DNA of 64,000 nt from an uncultured Solibacteraceae bacterium (lineage in GTDB: Bacteria > Acidobacteriota > Terriglobia > 20CM-2-55-15): assembly GCA_964584785.1 (NCBI GenBank), contig CAZPBY010000045.1, positions 2,024 through 66,023 on the forward strand, given 5' to 3'. Position numbers and translations under genes: made by a program. The notes below the pieces were generated by a model, which searched no databases, had not been told where the DNA came from, and saw only the letters and a program-made list of their open reading frames with translations. This document shows, one piece after another, positions 61,873 through 64,000 of this stretch. How positions within the stretch are numbered: position 1 is the first letter of the stretch; each line of letters starts with the position of its first letter.

Positions 61873-64000
61873 ATGAAGCGATTTGCCTTTTCGGTCTTAA
61901 TCCTTGCTGTGGTCTTCTTTGTTTGTTCGACTCCTGGAATCGCTCAATCCAACGGCATCGTAAAAGGGGTGGTGAAGGACACCAGCGGAGCTGTTCTCCC
62001 TGGCGCCCAGGTGAGCTTGACCAATAGAGCCACACAGCGCGCGCTGCAGACGTCAACGAACGAAACCGGCAACTACAATTTCAGTTTCCTTCCGCCTGGC
62101 GATTACAGTGTGGCTTTCGAGATGCAGGGTTTCCGCAAGCTGAACATCGAGAACCTGACCGTCAACGTTGCGCAGACTGTGGTGGCCGACGCCGCGTTGC
62201 AAGTGGGCGAAGTGAGTTCTGAGCTGACCGTCACCGCGGATGTTGCCATGGTGCAGACCACGACTTCCGACCTCGGCCATGTGGTCGAATCGGTGATGGT
62301 CACCTCCGTTCCGCTCGCAAGCCGCAATTTCACGCAAGTTCTCGGCATGCAGCCGGGTGTGTCTTCGAGCATTCCCGATGCGGGCGCGCTCGGTCGCAAC
62401 AGCGTCAACATTTCGGCAAACGGCGCGCGCCCGTTTGAAAACAGCGTGACGTTCAACGGCATGCTGGCGGACAACGTGGTATCGCAAGGCTTCGATGATG
62501 CACCCGACAAGCCCGGCATCCCGATTCCTGCTCCTGACGCCATTCAGGAGTTCAAGGTTCAAACCGGGCTGTATGACGCGGAATACGGACGTCAGGGCGG
62601 AGCGAACGTCAATCTCGTTACCAAGAGCGGTACGAATGATATTCACGGCACCTTGTTCGAGTTCTTCCGCAACGATTCGCTCAACGCGAACGACTTCTTC
62701 CGCAACGCGACGAATCAGCCGCGCGGCGTGCTGAAACAGAATCAGTACGGCGGAACCGCCGGTGGACCGATCCGGAAGGACCGGCTCTTCTGGTTCTTCT
62801 CGTATCAGGGAACGCAGCAGCGAAACGGCGTGTCTTCTGCCTCCAGTCGAAACGTGAATCTTCCCAACATGGGCGATCGCAGCGCTCGCGCTCTCGGCCA
62901 GTTGTATGCGGGCCTGATGGGTGTGCAGGCTGCCGGCAAACCGGGCCAGTTGGCCTCGATCGCGGCGGACGGATCGAACATCAATCCGGTGGCGGTGGCC
63001 ATTCTGAACGCGAAGTTCTCCGATGGGTCTTACATCATTCCGGCACCGCAGACGCAGCGTGCCGGCGCCGGCTTCTCGACGTTCTCGATCCCCGCAAAGT
63101 TCTCGGAGAATCAGGTTGTGCTCGATTTCGATCAGGTCCTCCCGAGCGGCGAGCGGCGAGCGCTCAAAGCATTCTGGGCGTTGTTGCCGCAGACGCTTCC
63201 GTTCTCGTCGGCGAACGTTCCGGGTTACGGAGAAAAAGACAAACGCATGAACCTGAACTTTTCCTTCGACGACACGCGCGCGTTCAGTCCGCGCATCGTC
63301 AATGACCTGCGCTTCGGTTACAACCGCATGTTCATGCAGCAGATTCCGATCGAACCGCTGAAAGCATCGCAAATTGGTATGACCGGGCCGGTCAAGGAAT
63401 ACGACACGATTCCGCTGATTTCGGTGTCTGGCTTCTTTACGATTGGCCCGAACACGAATAACGATCAATCGATGATCATCCATAATTCGGAGATCGCGGA
63501 CACGCTCAGCATCAACAAGGGCAAGCACGACATCCGGCTCGGTGGAAACGTCGCACCGCATCAGGTGAACTGGAACGATATCTTCCTGACGCGCGGCAGC
63601 ATCAGCTTTCAATCCTTCCCGGATTTCCTGCTCGGCATGAGTGGGGCGCAAAACGGAACAGGTGTCAGCAATGTGAACGGTGCTTCCACGAACAACGGCA
63701 TCATGCGCAGCCATCCGCACTACAACGATTTCTCGTTGTTCTTCCAGGATGATTTTCGCGCCAGTTCCCGCCTCACCATGAACATGGGTCTGCGCTATCA
63801 GTACAACGGCTGGCAATGGGATGCGCGCGGACGCAATTCCGGTTTCGATCGCAGGCTTGCCAACTATGGTCCGATTCCGGTGGGCGGAACGTATGCCGGC
63901 TTCGAAATTCCTTCGAACTCGAGCATTGTGGTTCCCCCGACATTTACGAAGCTCGATCGCAAAACGATGGTTGAGAAGGAAAACCGGCTCGGATTCTCAC
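61873..64000 (+). CDS. TonB-dependent receptor (carboxypeptidase-regulatory-like N-domain, Oar-like), 3'-truncated by the window edge
   Basis: SD GAGGT; frame open from ATG 61873 to the window end: MKRFAFSVLILA..., GVVKDTSGAVLPGAQV, VPLASRNF, DAIQEFKVQT..YDAEYGRQGGA, GTLFEFFRND.LNANDFF, NDLRFGYNR. Confidence 0.92.
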   Translation, partial: MKRFAFSVLILAVVFFVCSTPGIAQSNGIVKGVVKDTSGAVLPGAQVSLTNRATQRALQTSTNETGNYNFSFLPPGDYSVAFEMQGFRKLNIENLTVNVAQTVVADAALQVGEVSSELTVTADVAMVQTTTSDLGHVVESVMVTSVPLASRNFTQVLGMQPGVSSSIPDAGALGRNSVNISANGARPFENSVTFNGMLADNVVSQGFDDAPDKPGIPIPAPDAIQEFKVQTGLYDAEYGRQGGANVNLVTKSGTNDIHGTLFEFFRNDSLNANDFFRNATNQPRGVLKQNQYGGTAGGPIRKDRLFWFFSYQGTQQRNGVSSASSRNVNLPNMGDRSARALGQLYAGLMGVQAAGKPGQLASIAADGSNINPVAVAILNAKFSDGSYIIPAPQTQRAGAGFSTFSIPAKFSENQVVLDFDQVLPSGERRALKAFWALLPQTLPFSSANVPGYGEKDKRMNLNFSFDDTRAFSPRIVNDLRFGYNRMFMQQIPIEPLKASQIGMTGPVKEYDTIPLISVSGFFTIGPNTNNDQSMIIHNSEIADTLSINKGKHDIRLGGNVAPHQVNWNDIFLTRGSISFQSFPDFLLGMSGAQNGTGVSNVNGASTNNGIMRSHPHYNDFSLFFQDDFRASSRLTMNMGLRYQYNGWQWDARGRNSGFDRRLANYGPIPVGGTYAGFEIPSNSSIVVPPTFTKLDRKTMVEKENRLGFS

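Noticed and set aside
62053-63816. 587-aa minus-strand ORF
   Set aside because: Shadow of the TonB-dependent receptor, which is open on + from 61873 with clear family motifs.
1-64000. rRNA, tRNA, tmRNA, prophage or integrase genes
   Set aside because: No recognisable signatures on either strand by eye; tRNAscan-SE/Infernal would be needed to exclude them formally.

Overview
64-kb window of a GC-rich bacterial genome. Its gene content is typical of Acidobacteriota (DUF1592-DUF1552-ankyrin triad, several CRTAC1/ASPIC-UnbV proteins, an Oar-like TonB-dependent receptor); this taxonomy is an inference. In order, it holds: (1) a two-component system followed by a TPR-like/dihaem DUF1592 gene, an ECF sigma factor and a DUF1028 gene; (2) an AT-richer 1.87-kb mobile relic bounded by 36-bp inverted repeats, with decayed IS1-type genes around an intact hicA-hicB(long tail)-unknown three-gene operon; (3) PEGA, TPR-TonB_C and TPR genes; (4) an amidase/amidohydrolase locus; (5) a ~20.5-kb operon of three >2000-aa secreted Ig/NHL/BACON proteins, one carrying 21 NPDIL pentapeptides; (6) an MBL-fold gene and the DUF1592-DUF1552-ankyrin operon; (7) a block of translationally coupled TPR-CRTAC1 pairs with a pentahaem cytochrome-TPR, an atypical Hsp70 and two more amidases; (8) the 5' part of a TonB-dependent receptor. 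No rRNA, tRNA or CRISPR array was seen. The best candidates for undescribed biology are the tripartite HicA-HicB-X module, the NPDIL-repeat giant-protein operon, a REP-like palindrome that encodes a signal peptide, the TPR-CRTAC1 pairing system and a split Tat-amidase. All family assignments come from motif recognition by eye, not database searches.
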